A stretch of 64,000 nt of DNA. Origin: an uncultured Bacilli bacterium (GTDB lineage Bacteria; Bacillota_I; Bacilli_A; RF39; UBA660). Where the stretch lies: the NCBI GenBank assembly GCA_934102255.1, contig CAKOSN010000004.1, forward strand, positions 29,911 to 93,910. Reading direction: 5' to 3'. Positions 9,291 through 17,967 of the stretch are shown in pieces (position 1 is the first letter of the stretch; every line of letters begins with the position of its first letter). The translations under genes and the position numbers were made by a program. Under the pieces are notes generated by a model. It did not search any database, was not told the origin of the DNA, and worked only from the letters and a program-made list of their open reading frames with translations.

Positions 9291-10004
9291 ATGTTAGAGG
9301 ATTTAAGAAGAGAAAGAGAAGAACAAGGTTATACTTGTACAGATATAGGATCTATGTTTGGATTAAGTAAAAGTGGTTATAGACAAATAGAAGTTGGCAA
9401 AACAATTCTTTCTTATGAAAGAGCTGTTGAAATTGCAACATTATTAGGAAAGAAACCTGATGATATTTTTTTAAAGGATATAATTTTGATGAAAGGTGAA
9501 AACTTTAGATTTATTCAAGATGCTTCTGAAAAAACATTAGAATATATTAAACGAATTGAAAATATTAAATATGCTGACAGACTTGAAGTTTGTATAGATT
9601 TATTTAAAAAATGGAGCAATAAATCTATAAGTAATGGTAAGGGAGTTGTTTTTAAACCATCTGCTATGGGGTTTGATGATTCACTAGGTACTGAAATATC
9701 TGATTTTTTATTCGTAATGTTAAACAATGATAGAATAAAAAAGGCAGGTAAGTTAGTATTGACAAAAAATGATGATAGTATTTGCAATGATACAAGTAGA
9801 AAAATTATTGCTGACTTTAAAAAACTTGAATTTACTGAACAAGTGGATGTTTTAACTGAATTGATTGTCAAATTAGATAACAAAACATTATTTATGGAGA
9901 AAACAGATTTTCCTAAATTTAGCAGGTTTATGACTGGTTATGATGTTGGAAATGAAATGAGAAATTTTAAAAAAGCATACATTCAAGTTAGTAATGAACA
10001 ATAA
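9291..10004 (+). CDS. XRE-family HTH regulator with an unknown C-terminal domain
   Basis: N-terminal HTH_3 pattern YTCTDIGSMFGLSKSGYRQIEVGK...ERAVEIATLLG. Confidence 0.7.
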   Translation: MLEDLRREREEQGYTCTDIGSMFGLSKSGYRQIEVGKTILSYERAVEIATLLGKKPDDIFLKDIILMKGENFRFIQDASEKTLEYIKRIENIKYADRLEVCIDLFKKWSNKSISNGKGVVFKPSAMGFDDSLGTEISDFLFVMLNNDRIKKAGKLVLTKNDDSICNDTSRKIIADFKKLEFTEQVDVLTELIVKLDNKTLFMEKTDFPKFSRFMTGYDVGNEMRNFKKAYIQVSNEQ

Positions 10005-10064
10005 CTTTTAGCTATGACTAATTCTTTTTGGATTAACTGATGGATACATTTATGTATCCTTTTT

Positions 10065-10250
10065 TTGTCGTACCAAAAAGGAGAGATATTTATAGAAAAT
10101 AAAACTTTAGAAAAAAAGAATTGCAATAATGTATTGGCGTATAGTATGAAGTTAGCATTATTAAATGAATTATTAAGATTAAATAAAATAACAGAGCAAG
10201 AATATTCATTGATTAGAGCAAAAATTAAATTGGAACACAAAATCGTTTAA
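10065..10250 (+). CDS. small hypothetical protein upstream of the recombinase; start uncertain
   Basis: The C-terminal LNKITEQEYSLIRAKI resembles short helical (SHOCT-like) peptides often found next to large serine recombinases. AAAGGAGAG RBS at 10076-10084; in-frame ATG at 10146. Confidence 0.3.
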   Translation: MSYQKGEIFIENKTLEKKNCNNVLAYSMKLALLNELLRLNKITEQEYSLIRAKIKLEHKIV

Positions 10251-10334
10251 TTTGATTCTAAAACTGCTCAAATGTGTGTTATAATTGAATAGGAAAGTTT
10301 TGCTATAAACTTTGATTGAGGAAAGGAGATTTTA

Positions 10335-12182
10335 GTGGGTAATGTTAAAGTTATAGCAGCTAATCCAAAAAAAGCACATGGCATAAAAGGTCTTATAAAG
10401 AAATTATTAAGAGTGTGTGCATACTGTCGTGTAAGTACAGGTACTGATGAACAAAAAACTAGTTACGAATCTCAAATAAAGTATTATAAACAAAAAATAA
10501 AACAAAATGCTGATTGGGAACTTGTTGATATATATGCTGATGAAGCAATTTCAGGAACGCAAGTTTACAAAAGAATAAATTTTAAACGAATGATAGATGA
10601 TGCTTTAGCAGGTAAAATAGACATGATACTTGTAAAATCAATTTCAAGATTTGGTCGAAATACTGTAGACATTTTGAAGTATATTCGTTTATTAAAAGAA
10701 CATGGTGTAGCAGTTTATTTTGAAGAAGAAAATATTAATACAATGCAGATGCAAGGAGAAATATTATTAACTGTTTTATCTGCAATTGCCCAACAAGGTA
10801 GTGCTACAATATCTTCAAGTGTTGCCTTGGGAGCAAGAATGAAAATGAAAAGAGGAGAATTAGTTGGACATTATGCTCCTTATGGTTATAGATACGATAA
10901 AGATAAAGAAGAATTAATCATATATGAAGAAGAAGCACAAGTTGTTAGAGAAGTATTTAGACTGTATGTAGAGGAAGGTTTGGGAACAGCACGAATTGCT
11001 AGAGTATTAAATAACAGGAAAATTCCAAGCCCAACTAATAAGATGTGGTCAGGAACTGTTATTACAAGAATGATACGAAATGAAAAGTATTGTGGTGATT
11101 TATTAACAGGTAAAACTTATACAAGTGATCCTATTTCTAAAAAGAAAATAATTAATCATGGTGAAAAAGATAAATTTTATACTAAAAATCATCATGCAGC
11201 AATTGTTGATAGAGAAATTTGGGAGAAGGCAAATGCTTTATTAGATAGAAGAACTAGTGAGTATAAGGAAAAAAATAAGCTTAATAAAGAAAGTCACATG
11301 TATCCTTTCAGTAGTAAAATTGATTGTGGATGCTGTGGTCAAAAATTTATTAGGAGATCTTGGGCACCACATAAACCAGGGCAACCAAAAAGAGTTGCTT
11401 GGTCTTGTAGAACATTCATGAGGAGAAACGATAATTATTGTCAGAATATAGGTAATGTTAAAGAAAATATAATTGAAGAAGCATTTGTACAAGCATACAA
11501 TAGTGTATGTGAAAATCATACTATAATTATTAATCAATTATTGGACACAATGGAAAAAATATTATCTGGAAATAATTATGACAAAGAAATAGCAAAGGTT
11601 AGAGAACAAATTAACACTTTTAAAGATAGAGAATCTAATCTTGTTGATATGAAGTTAGATGGAATAATAGATTCAAATATATATGTGCAAAAAAGTGATG
11701 AAATTAAAAATAAAATTTTATTGCTTGAAGAAAAGTTGGATGAGTACAAAAATATCATGAAAGATGAAAATGATATTAAAAGAAGAATTGGAGAATTTAA
11801 ATCCATATTCAAAAAGAAAAATATATTAACTGAATTTGATTCAGTAGTATTTAATAGCATTACAGATAAAATTATAATTGGAGAAAAAGATGAGTTTGAT
11901 GTTTTGAATCCAAATGTAATAAAATTTGTATTTAGAAATGGAAAAGAAGTAAAACAAGCGTTACCCCGTAAATTAAATAGCAAACAAACCGTTATAGAAA
12001 AATATGCTGAAGAAATAAGAAAGCAACAATCTTCAGCTTCCTCATCTGAGGAAAATATAATACAAGTGAATACGAAAGAAGTTGATGAAAATGAAAGCGT
12101 TGAATTTGACTCCATTGGTGCAAATTGCAACAACGAGAAATACATGCCTTGCCACTCCAAGAGGCCTTATAGCTGTAATTGA
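10335..12182 (+). CDS. large serine recombinase (integrase of the element)
   Basis: GGAAAGGAG RBS plus GTG start. It has the catalytic YCRVSTGTDEQ..S...Q, ISRFGRN, a recombinase domain, a Cys-rich zinc ribbon (CGCCGQKF...WSCRT) and a long coiled-coil tail. Confidence 0.9.
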   Translation: MGNVKVIAANPKKAHGIKGLIKKLLRVCAYCRVSTGTDEQKTSYESQIKYYKQKIKQNADWELVDIYADEAISGTQVYKRINFKRMIDDALAGKIDMILVKSISRFGRNTVDILKYIRLLKEHGVAVYFEEENINTMQMQGEILLTVLSAIAQQGSATISSSVALGARMKMKRGELVGHYAPYGYRYDKDKEELIIYEEEAQVVREVFRLYVEEGLGTARIARVLNNRKIPSPTNKMWSGTVITRMIRNEKYCGDLLTGKTYTSDPISKKKIINHGEKDKFYTKNHHAAIVDREIWEKANALLDRRTSEYKEKNKLNKESHMYPFSSKIDCGCCGQKFIRRSWAPHKPGQPKRVAWSCRTFMRRNDNYCQNIGNVKENIIEEAFVQAYNSVCENHTIIINQLLDTMEKILSGNNYDKEIAKVREQINTFKDRESNLVDMKLDGIIDSNIYVQKSDEIKNKILLLEEKLDEYKNIMKDENDIKRRIGEFKSIFKKKNILTEFDSVVFNSITDKIIIGEKDEFDVLNPNVIKFVFRNGKEVKQALPRKLNSKQTVIEKYAEEIRKQQSSASSSEENIIQVNTKEVDENESVEFDSIGANCNNEKYMPCHSKRPYSCN

Positions 12183-12276
12183 AAATAACTATCAAGAGGA
12201 CGGCAGTGTTAAAATACCAAAAGTATTACAACCATACATGGGCGGCTTAGAAGTAATTAAACCTAAAAATAAATAA
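12148..12276 (+). pseudogene. serS: 3'-terminal fragment of the seryl-tRNA synthetase gene
   Basis: LATPRGLIAVIENNYQEDGSVKIPKVLQPYMGG matches the conserved extreme C-terminus of SerRS. Nothing in the window encodes the rest of the enzyme. A native terminator follows. Confidence 0.75.
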
Positions 12277-12290
12277 TTAAAAAAAGAAAT

Positions 12291-12321
12291 AGTACTGATT
12301 AAATTTTTCAGTACTATTTTT
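12291..12321 (+). terminator. rho-independent terminator (serS)
   Basis: AGTACTGA (12291-12298) and TCAGTACT (12308-12315) form a stem followed by a T-run. Confidence 0.75.
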
Positions 12322-12430
12322 AGCTTTAGTGAAAATCAATGTCTGATAATTCTTAACTAATTAGTTTAGTTATTGCTAGCTTAAATTTTTTATGATATAA
12401 TACTTATCGCTAAGAAATGAGGGTGTTTAT

Positions 12431-13231
12431 ATGACAGTATCAGGTTCAATACCAGTAAACCTAAAGAAATTTAATAATGAGGTAATTGAAAAATCTATTG
12501 ATTATCTTAATACTAATAATAAAAATTTTAAAGTTACTTTAATGAGTAGTCCAATCGCTGGGATTCCACAAATAGGTTTTGAAATGGAATTAGATTTTAA
12601 AATTCAGTTTACTCAAGATAAAGAATACATATCTTATGCTAATATTTGCCTAAATGTAGGTGGATATGATGAAAAAAATTATAAAACAGGTGGTCGCAAT
12701 GACAATACTAGAGAATTTAATAAGATTTTAGAAGAAGTAGATGCCAATGCCGTTTTAACTATTTCTAGTTGTCCCGTTGATGACATTTATTATTTATTAT
12801 ATCTAAATTTCTTTCAAGCCATGCTAGTAACTTTAAAAAGCGTTGGCAAATCAGTTGAGTATTTTTACCGAGATGACTATGGAATGAAAGACTTTAAATA
12901 TAACAATGTCGAATATTTCGAAAAATTAAAGGGCATGTATATCAATAGTCGTAAAAAATATTTTAAAGAATTGCCACCAAAGAAACAAGAAAAAGAAGAA
13001 ATATTTCAGTGTGAGTATCCTACTTATGAAGATTTGTTAAACAAATATTATCATTCTGATAATCATACTTCTGTTTGGGCAAAAGAAAAAGATATCGCTA
13101 CAAGATATCAAGAACTAGCAAAAAGCCAAAAAGCCAGCAAAGAAGATGTTTCTAGTATTCTTATTCCTTTGATTCTTGTAATTATCTTTTTGTTTATTAT
13201 GTTTATCTCTTTTATAGGTTACATGTCTTAA
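12431..13231 (+). CDS. hypothetical protein with a C-terminal transmembrane anchor
   Basis: GAGGGTG RBS and an extended -10 TATGATATAAT upstream. The C-terminal segment ILIPLILVIIFLFIMFISFIGY is hydrophobic. Confidence 0.55.
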   Translation: MTVSGSIPVNLKKFNNEVIEKSIDYLNTNNKNFKVTLMSSPIAGIPQIGFEMELDFKIQFTQDKEYISYANICLNVGGYDEKNYKTGGRNDNTREFNKILEEVDANAVLTISSCPVDDIYYLLYLNFFQAMLVTLKSVGKSVEYFYRDDYGMKDFKYNNVEYFEKLKGMYINSRKKYFKELPPKKQEKEEIFQCEYPTYEDLLNKYYHSDNHTSVWAKEKDIATRYQELAKSQKASKEDVSSILIPLILVIIFLFIMFISFIGYMS

Positions 13232-13336
13232 AATAGTAAAATAACGTTTTTAAAAAATTAAATACCTTTTAAATTACATTGTAATCATTTATATCAAACC
13301 TTAACTATTAGTTTTTTACCCGATAACTAATAAAAA

Positions 13337-13367
13337 GCTGTAATAGAGGGTATTTTCTTATTACAGC
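13337..13367. terminator. bidirectional hairpin terminator between convergent genes
   Basis: GCTGTAATA (13337-13345) pairs with TATTACAGC (13359-13367), with A/T runs on both sides. Confidence 0.6.
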
Positions 13368-13384
13368 ATACAAACAATTAATAA

Positions 13385-14176
13385 TTAATTTTTCTTCTTG
13401 GTTAAAGTTTTATTACTTTTATAATTTTTTAGAACATCACTAAGATCTTCGGAAAATTCTGAAACTACGCTAGGAATAAAGTCTAAAATATCTTCAATCT
13501 TGAATACTTTTAAATCATTATCAGTTGCATAACTTTCAGCAATAAAAGCTTTAGTTTGGTCTAAAACAGCAAAAATATTTTGGGGATTAACTTCCGATAT
13601 AGGAATATCAGTAAAACTACTACCAGCACTCTTTAAAGCTTCATAATCAAAGCCGTATCCGAAATGCTCAAGAACGATTTTATTAATAGTAGTATAGTCA
13701 TCATAAATACTTGTATCAGTATTATGAGTCCAAAGGTCCTTATTATTAATAACATTACCATTCTTGTGTAATCTTACGAAAGCCACTTGGCTAGCATAAA
13801 TTGTTGGCTTATGGTCTTTATCTAAGAAAGTAAATGAATCTCTAAATAATTGGTTAAAGAATTTACAATCAGTATAAAGATGAAATAAATAACCCAAAGT
13901 TTTAAAGTCGCCAGCTTCTAAATAAGCTGCATACTTATTCAAAAACAAATTTAAGTCAGGATATTGAATAACTTTATCTCTGTCATCGTCACCGCGAAAA
14001 TGAGTGGCGATTTTTTGTGTTTGCTTATCAAGGCTACTATTTTTATCGATTGAGTCAACAATTAAATTACTTAGTAAGAAATCATTACGATTCTCTTCGC
14101 TAATCTTAATATTTTCTTTTTCTAACTCATCAAGAAAATGCATTCCTGCAGTATGATGAACAACAAATGATGCCAT
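13385..14176 (-). CDS. hypothetical protein, possibly from the zinc-dependent phospholipase C-like hydrolase family
   Basis: His-rich pattern HHTAG..., THF, GYLFHLYTDCKFF resembles the H..., sHF, GYl.HLi.D signature of that family. It is divergent from a LysR regulator. Confidence 0.45.
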   Translation of the reverse strand: MASFVVHHTAGMHFLDELEKENIKISEENRNDFLLSNLIVDSIDKNSSLDKQTQKIATHFRGDDDRDKVIQYPDLNLFLNKYAAYLEAGDFKTLGYLFHLYTDCKFFNQLFRDSFTFLDKDHKPTIYASQVAFVRLHKNGNVINNKDLWTHNTDTSIYDDYTTINKIVLEHFGYGFDYEALKSAGSSFTDIPISEVNPQNIFAVLDQTKAFIAESYATDNDLKVFKIEDILDFIPSVVSEFSEDLSDVLKNYKSNKTLTKKKN

Positions 14177-14242
14177 AATTTCTCCTTTCTTAGGTATATT
14201 TTAAATAAGCCATTACAAAATGTAAAATAGAAATTAATTATA

Positions 14243-14262
14243 ATAACGATAACTTTAGTTAT
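14243..14262. promoter_or_regulatory. candidate LysR-type binding site (interrupted palindrome)
   Basis: ATAAC-N10-GTTAT in the divergent intergenic region between the LysR gene and the 13385..14176 gene. Confidence 0.3.
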
Positions 14263-14323
14263 AGATATTGCTTTTTTTAATTTTATGGTTATAATAAATA
14301 CTACTTAATTTGGGGGAGTTTTT

Positions 14324-15214
14324 ATGAATATTAATTTTGAATCTTATCGTATATTTTATTATGTAGCTAAAAATGGAAATATTACCAAAGCATCAACTGA
14401 GTTACATATTAGCCAACCAGGAGTAAGCAAATCATTAAAAATTTTAGAAGAACAACTAGGTTGCAAGTTATGTCTTCGTGGCAAAAAAGGAATAATTCTT
14501 ACTGAAGAAGGTAAAGCTTTTTATGAAGAGCTAAAAAGAGGTATTGAATCGTTTACTAACGCTGAATATCGTCTAAAAGAAATGTTATCTTTAGAAACTG
14601 GCTTAATAAGAATTGGGATTAGTAATACTTTAACTCAAAATTATTTATTAGACTATATTAAAATATTTAATGATAGATATCCTAAAATTCAAATTCAAAT
14701 TTATACTAATCCGACTTGTGAATTATTAATTAAAGCTCGCAATCATGCTCTTGACTTTATTATTTTAAATTTACCTTATGATATTCCCGAGGATTTTACT
14801 AAAAAAATATTGATAGATACTCATGATACTTTAGTTTCAGCAAGTACAAGAAATATTAAAGAAGAAATAACTCTTGATAATATTAATGATTATCCGTTAA
14901 TAATAATGGCTAGAAATTCTAATACAAGATATTTCTTAGACAACTACTTCTTAAGTCATAAAATGGTTTTAAATCCTGAAATGGAACTTGCATCTTATCA
15001 ATTAGTAACTAAATTTATTGAAAAAGATTTAGGGATTGGCTTTTTGACTAAAGAATTTATTAAAAAACAACTAGAAGAAGGAACTCTCTTAGAGTTAAAA
15101 ACTAATATTGTATTACCTTCTAGAGCTATCGGTATGGTTTGGCTAAAAGATAAAAGCTTATCGGTAGCTGCTACTAAATTTGTTGAAATACTAGGAAGTA
15201 GTAATGTTAAGTAA
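14324..15214 (+). CDS. LysR-family transcriptional regulator
   Basis: N-terminal HTH FYYVAKNGNITKASTELHISQPGVSKSLKILEEQLG plus a substrate-binding domain of typical length. Confidence 0.9.
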   Translation: MNINFESYRIFYYVAKNGNITKASTELHISQPGVSKSLKILEEQLGCKLCLRGKKGIILTEEGKAFYEELKRGIESFTNAEYRLKEMLSLETGLIRIGISNTLTQNYLLDYIKIFNDRYPKIQIQIYTNPTCELLIKARNHALDFIILNLPYDIPEDFTKKILIDTHDTLVSASTRNIKEEITLDNINDYPLIIMARNSNTRYFLDNYFLSHKMVLNPEMELASYQLVTKFIEKDLGIGFLTKEFIKKQLEEGTLLELKTNIVLPSRAIGMVWLKDKSLSVAATKFVEILGSSNVK

Positions 15215-16331
15215 ATACTTAGAAAAAACTTTTGGTTACGATTGTGAATATATTATTCCTAGAGAGTATTCTTGGCAAGGATATGATAAGCCTCCATATT
15301 ATGGCCTAGAGTTTAAAGTCCGTGATTTATTTAGAAAGTACAAGAAACTTAATGAAAAAGATATATATAAGTTACTTAAAGAATATCCTAAAGAAGAAAT
15401 AAGAAAAAGGATATTTATGGAACTTATGCGTTATGGAAGTCTTCTGCAAACTTTAGAAGATGATTTTACTTATACTTACGAATATGTAGAAGAAAAGAAT
15501 CTTCGTAAATCCGGTTATACACGTCATCATTTTGAAACAAACATTGCTCCCAATAACCATTTTCTTTTAATATCTGATACCCATATTGGTAGTGAAATTG
15601 CCGATTTTGATTTAATAAATTATATTTATGATTATGCTGTAAGTAACAATATTAGCCTGGTTTTTCATTTAGGTGATGTCTTTCAAAAATTCACAAGAAG
15701 AGAAGGTTACGATTCTAAAAAAGACTTTTATCATACCAGTGAAGACGGTGGTGTCGACTATAGTTGGTGTGCAAATCGCTATGATGAGTATGATGAACGT
15801 ATTAAACTGTTTTTAGATAATTACCCCAATATTCCAGAAGTTAAAACTATAGCTATTTTAGGCAATCACGATATGGAAATTAATGAACTTTATCATAATC
15901 ATCCTGAAGAGATAGACTTGCGAGCTTTAAATCTAATAAATCCCAACTTTTTCTTTAGTCCTCACGATAATTTATCTTGGGACAATGGTCCGACTAGTAT
16001 TCGCTTTTCTCATTGCCTTTACTTAAACGGTCTTTATCGCAAAACTTGGTTACATAACGCCGAAGAACTTAACTCTTGGTATATTACTATGATTAATATT
16101 GAAGAGGACTATAACCTATTAATATCTGGTCATCTTCATAAATCTTTAATAACATATGTTAATCATGATAGAAACTTACTTATTAGTGTTCCTTCCACTA
16201 GTAAAGTTAATATCGATGATATTGCTGCTTTTGAATGCCAAATCGACGAAGAAAAAAATATTTTTATTACTCCTTTAGAATATAGCAAAAACAAAATTAC
16301 CACTGGTAAAAAATTAGTAAGAAAACTTTAA
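15204..16331 (+). CDS. metallophosphoesterase with a roughly 115-aa N-terminal extension
   Basis: Calcineurin-like motifs LLISDTHIGSE, HLGDVF, ILGNHD and SGHLH. Confidence 0.8.
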   Translation: MLSKYLEKTFGYDCEYIIPREYSWQGYDKPPYYGLEFKVRDLFRKYKKLNEKDIYKLLKEYPKEEIRKRIFMELMRYGSLLQTLEDDFTYTYEYVEEKNLRKSGYTRHHFETNIAPNNHFLLISDTHIGSEIADFDLINYIYDYAVSNNISLVFHLGDVFQKFTRREGYDSKKDFYHTSEDGGVDYSWCANRYDEYDERIKLFLDNYPNIPEVKTIAILGNHDMEINELYHNHPEEIDLRALNLINPNFFFSPHDNLSWDNGPTSIRFSHCLYLNGLYRKTWLHNAEELNSWYITMINIEEDYNLLISGHLHKSLITYVNHDRNLLISVPSTSKVNIDDIAAFECQIDEEKNIFITPLEYSKNKITTGKKLVRKL

Positions 16332-16416
16332 AATAACATTAGTTATGATATAAATAACTAAAAGTAATTATCAAAATTACTCATTTAATGCTATTATTAA
16401 GTTGGGAGGTTTAAAA

Positions 16417-17043
16417 ATGCAAAAAATATTATTTGCTTCCAATAATAAAGGAAAGCTGCAAGAATTAAAAGAGATATTTAATGATTATGAAATTTTATGT
16501 CCAAAAGACATTGGCTTAAATCTAGACGTTTTAGAAGACGGTCAAACTTTTTTAGAAAATGCTAAGAAAAAAGCTTATGCTTTCTATAATGCTAGTAAAT
16601 CCTCAGGAATTGATGCAGTTATTGCTGATGATTCTGGACTATGTGTTATTGGCTTAGGTAACTGGCCAGGTATTTATACTCATCGTATTACTGATGAAAG
16701 TGATGAAGTTCGTAATCAGATGATTATTGATAGAGTAGATGCCGCTAAAATAAATAGAGATGCTTTATTTACTTGCTCATTAGTTTATTATAATGGTGAA
16801 AATTTCATCGAAAAAATAGGTAATATTAAAGGACTTATTGCCGATACTCCAAAAGGAACAAATGGTTTTGGCTTTGATAGCATATTTATTTTAAATGATA
16901 TTAATTTTAATGTTTATAATGGTAAAACTCTAGCTGAACTGCCACCACTTGCAAAAAATACAGTTAGTGCTAGAAAGCTAGCAGCTTTAGAACTTCAAGA
17001 AGAATTATTAAAAGAAAATGTATTAGAAAAAAGAAGGAAATAA
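16417..17043 (+). CDS. rdgB: non-canonical purine NTP pyrophosphatase (RdgB/HAM1 family)
   Basis: MQKILFASNNKGKLQELKEIF and FGFDSIF motifs. GGGAGG RBS precedes ATG 16417 (track start 16402 is TTG). Confidence 0.85.
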   Translation: MQKILFASNNKGKLQELKEIFNDYEILCPKDIGLNLDVLEDGQTFLENAKKKAYAFYNASKSSGIDAVIADDSGLCVIGLGNWPGIYTHRITDESDEVRNQMIIDRVDAAKINRDALFTCSLVYYNGENFIEKIGNIKGLIADTPKGTNGFGFDSIFILNDINFNVYNGKTLAELPPLAKNTVSARKLAALELQEELLKENVLEKRRK

Positions 17044-17048
17044 AATTT

Positions 17049-17551
17049 ATGAAAGAAACTGTTGAATTATTAATTGATAGAAATGAAACTATCGCTACTA
17101 TGGAGTCTTGTACTGGTGGTGGCGTTGCTAATGCCATTACTAATGTACCTGGTGCTAGTGGTATTATTAAGTATAGTGCTGTTACTTATTCTAATGAATA
17201 TAAGATTAAAATGGGAGTCCCAGAAGAAGTAATTGCTAAATTTACTGTTTATAGTAAAGAAACTGCTATTGCTATGGCAAGAACTATAAGTGCTTTTGCC
17301 AATGCTGATTATGGAGTAGGAGTAACTGGTCGTTTTGGCGTTATTGACCCAGCTAACCCAGGTGTGAAACTGACCTTGTCTATATTAGCATTTATGATAG
17401 AGCAAATAATAAAGATAACACCTTTATTGTCAGAAGCCTTGATGCCGAACGTAGTGAAAATAAAGAACTAGTTATATCAGAAATCAATGCAAGAGTTAGT
17501 GAAATTTTAAGAAAGAAAAATGAAACCAAGACTTTAAAAAGAACTAGATAG
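17049..17551 (+). pseudogene. pncC: CinA C-terminal / PncC-type nicotinamide-nucleotide amidohydrolase with an apparent frameshift
   Basis: IATMESCTGGGVANAITNVPGAS...VGVTGRFG is in frame 1 up to about 17365. The expected C-terminus (DLVYISIYD...SEILRKK) continues in another frame from about 17366 to the TAG at 17549-17551. Confidence 0.65.
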
Positions 17552-17721
17552 TAAACATATTTAAAAATATAAGCTAAAAAATAACTATTTAATGAAAATA
17601 AAATACTTAAACGAATAACTTTTACTTACATAACTAAAATAAAATAACAAAAAAGTGCTAAATTTTAGGACTTTATGTAAAATAATTATTCCAAAATAAA
17701 AATGTTGTGATATACTAAGTT

Positions 17722-17937
17722 AGTAATTAAAAAAAGGTTTTGATTAAGAAGTAGTAATAAACCAAAATACTTTTTAAGAGAGTAATTCTAGTAGCTGGAA
17801 AGAATTATAAAAGTAGAGTTTATGAATTCACCTTAAGAACTGGAGTAATCCCGCAAAAATTTGCGTTACAAATAAGAGTATAAATTAAGGTGGTACCACG
17901 GTTCTTACGTCCTTTAGGGGAGGTAAGAATTTTTTTA
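17722..17937 (+). promoter_or_regulatory. T-box riboswitch leader (Phe specifier) with intrinsic terminator
   Basis: AGAGA box, candidate specifier UUC-A at 17827-17830, T-box sequence AAGGTGGTACCACGG at 17887-17901, and terminator TTCTTAC...GTAAGAA plus a T-run. Extended -10 TGTGATATACT at 17705-17717. Confidence 0.85.
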
Positions 17938-17967
17938 GTTAAAACTTTAAAAAGAAAGGAAATAAGT

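Larger units (their letters stand above)
1..12147. mobile_element. integrated mobilizable or conjugative element; right end only, left end outside the window
   Basis: All genes are co-oriented. Hallmark genes are ardC, mobC, relaxase, sortase, XRE and a terminal serine recombinase. It abuts a truncated housekeeping gene (serS 3' end). Confidence 0.7.

Noticed and set aside
12082-12147. N-terminal 22 codons of the 64-aa ORF containing the serS fragment
   Set aside because: This part lies inside the recombinase coding region and shows no SerRS similarity. Only the part from about 12148 onward is serS-derived, so the ORF is not an independent gene.
11576-12160. 194-aa minus-strand ORF inside the serine recombinase gene, along with the smaller 11241..11537 and 11992..12195 ORFs
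   Set aside because: It is fully antisense to a gene with strong family motifs, has no RBS and a Ser/Phe/Leu/Ile-rich low-complexity composition. This is the typical stop-poor antisense frame of AT-rich coding DNA.
17890-17967. Upstream extension of the pheS ORF
   Set aside because: It covers the T-box sequence and its terminator hairpin. The real start, ATG 17968, has an RBS.
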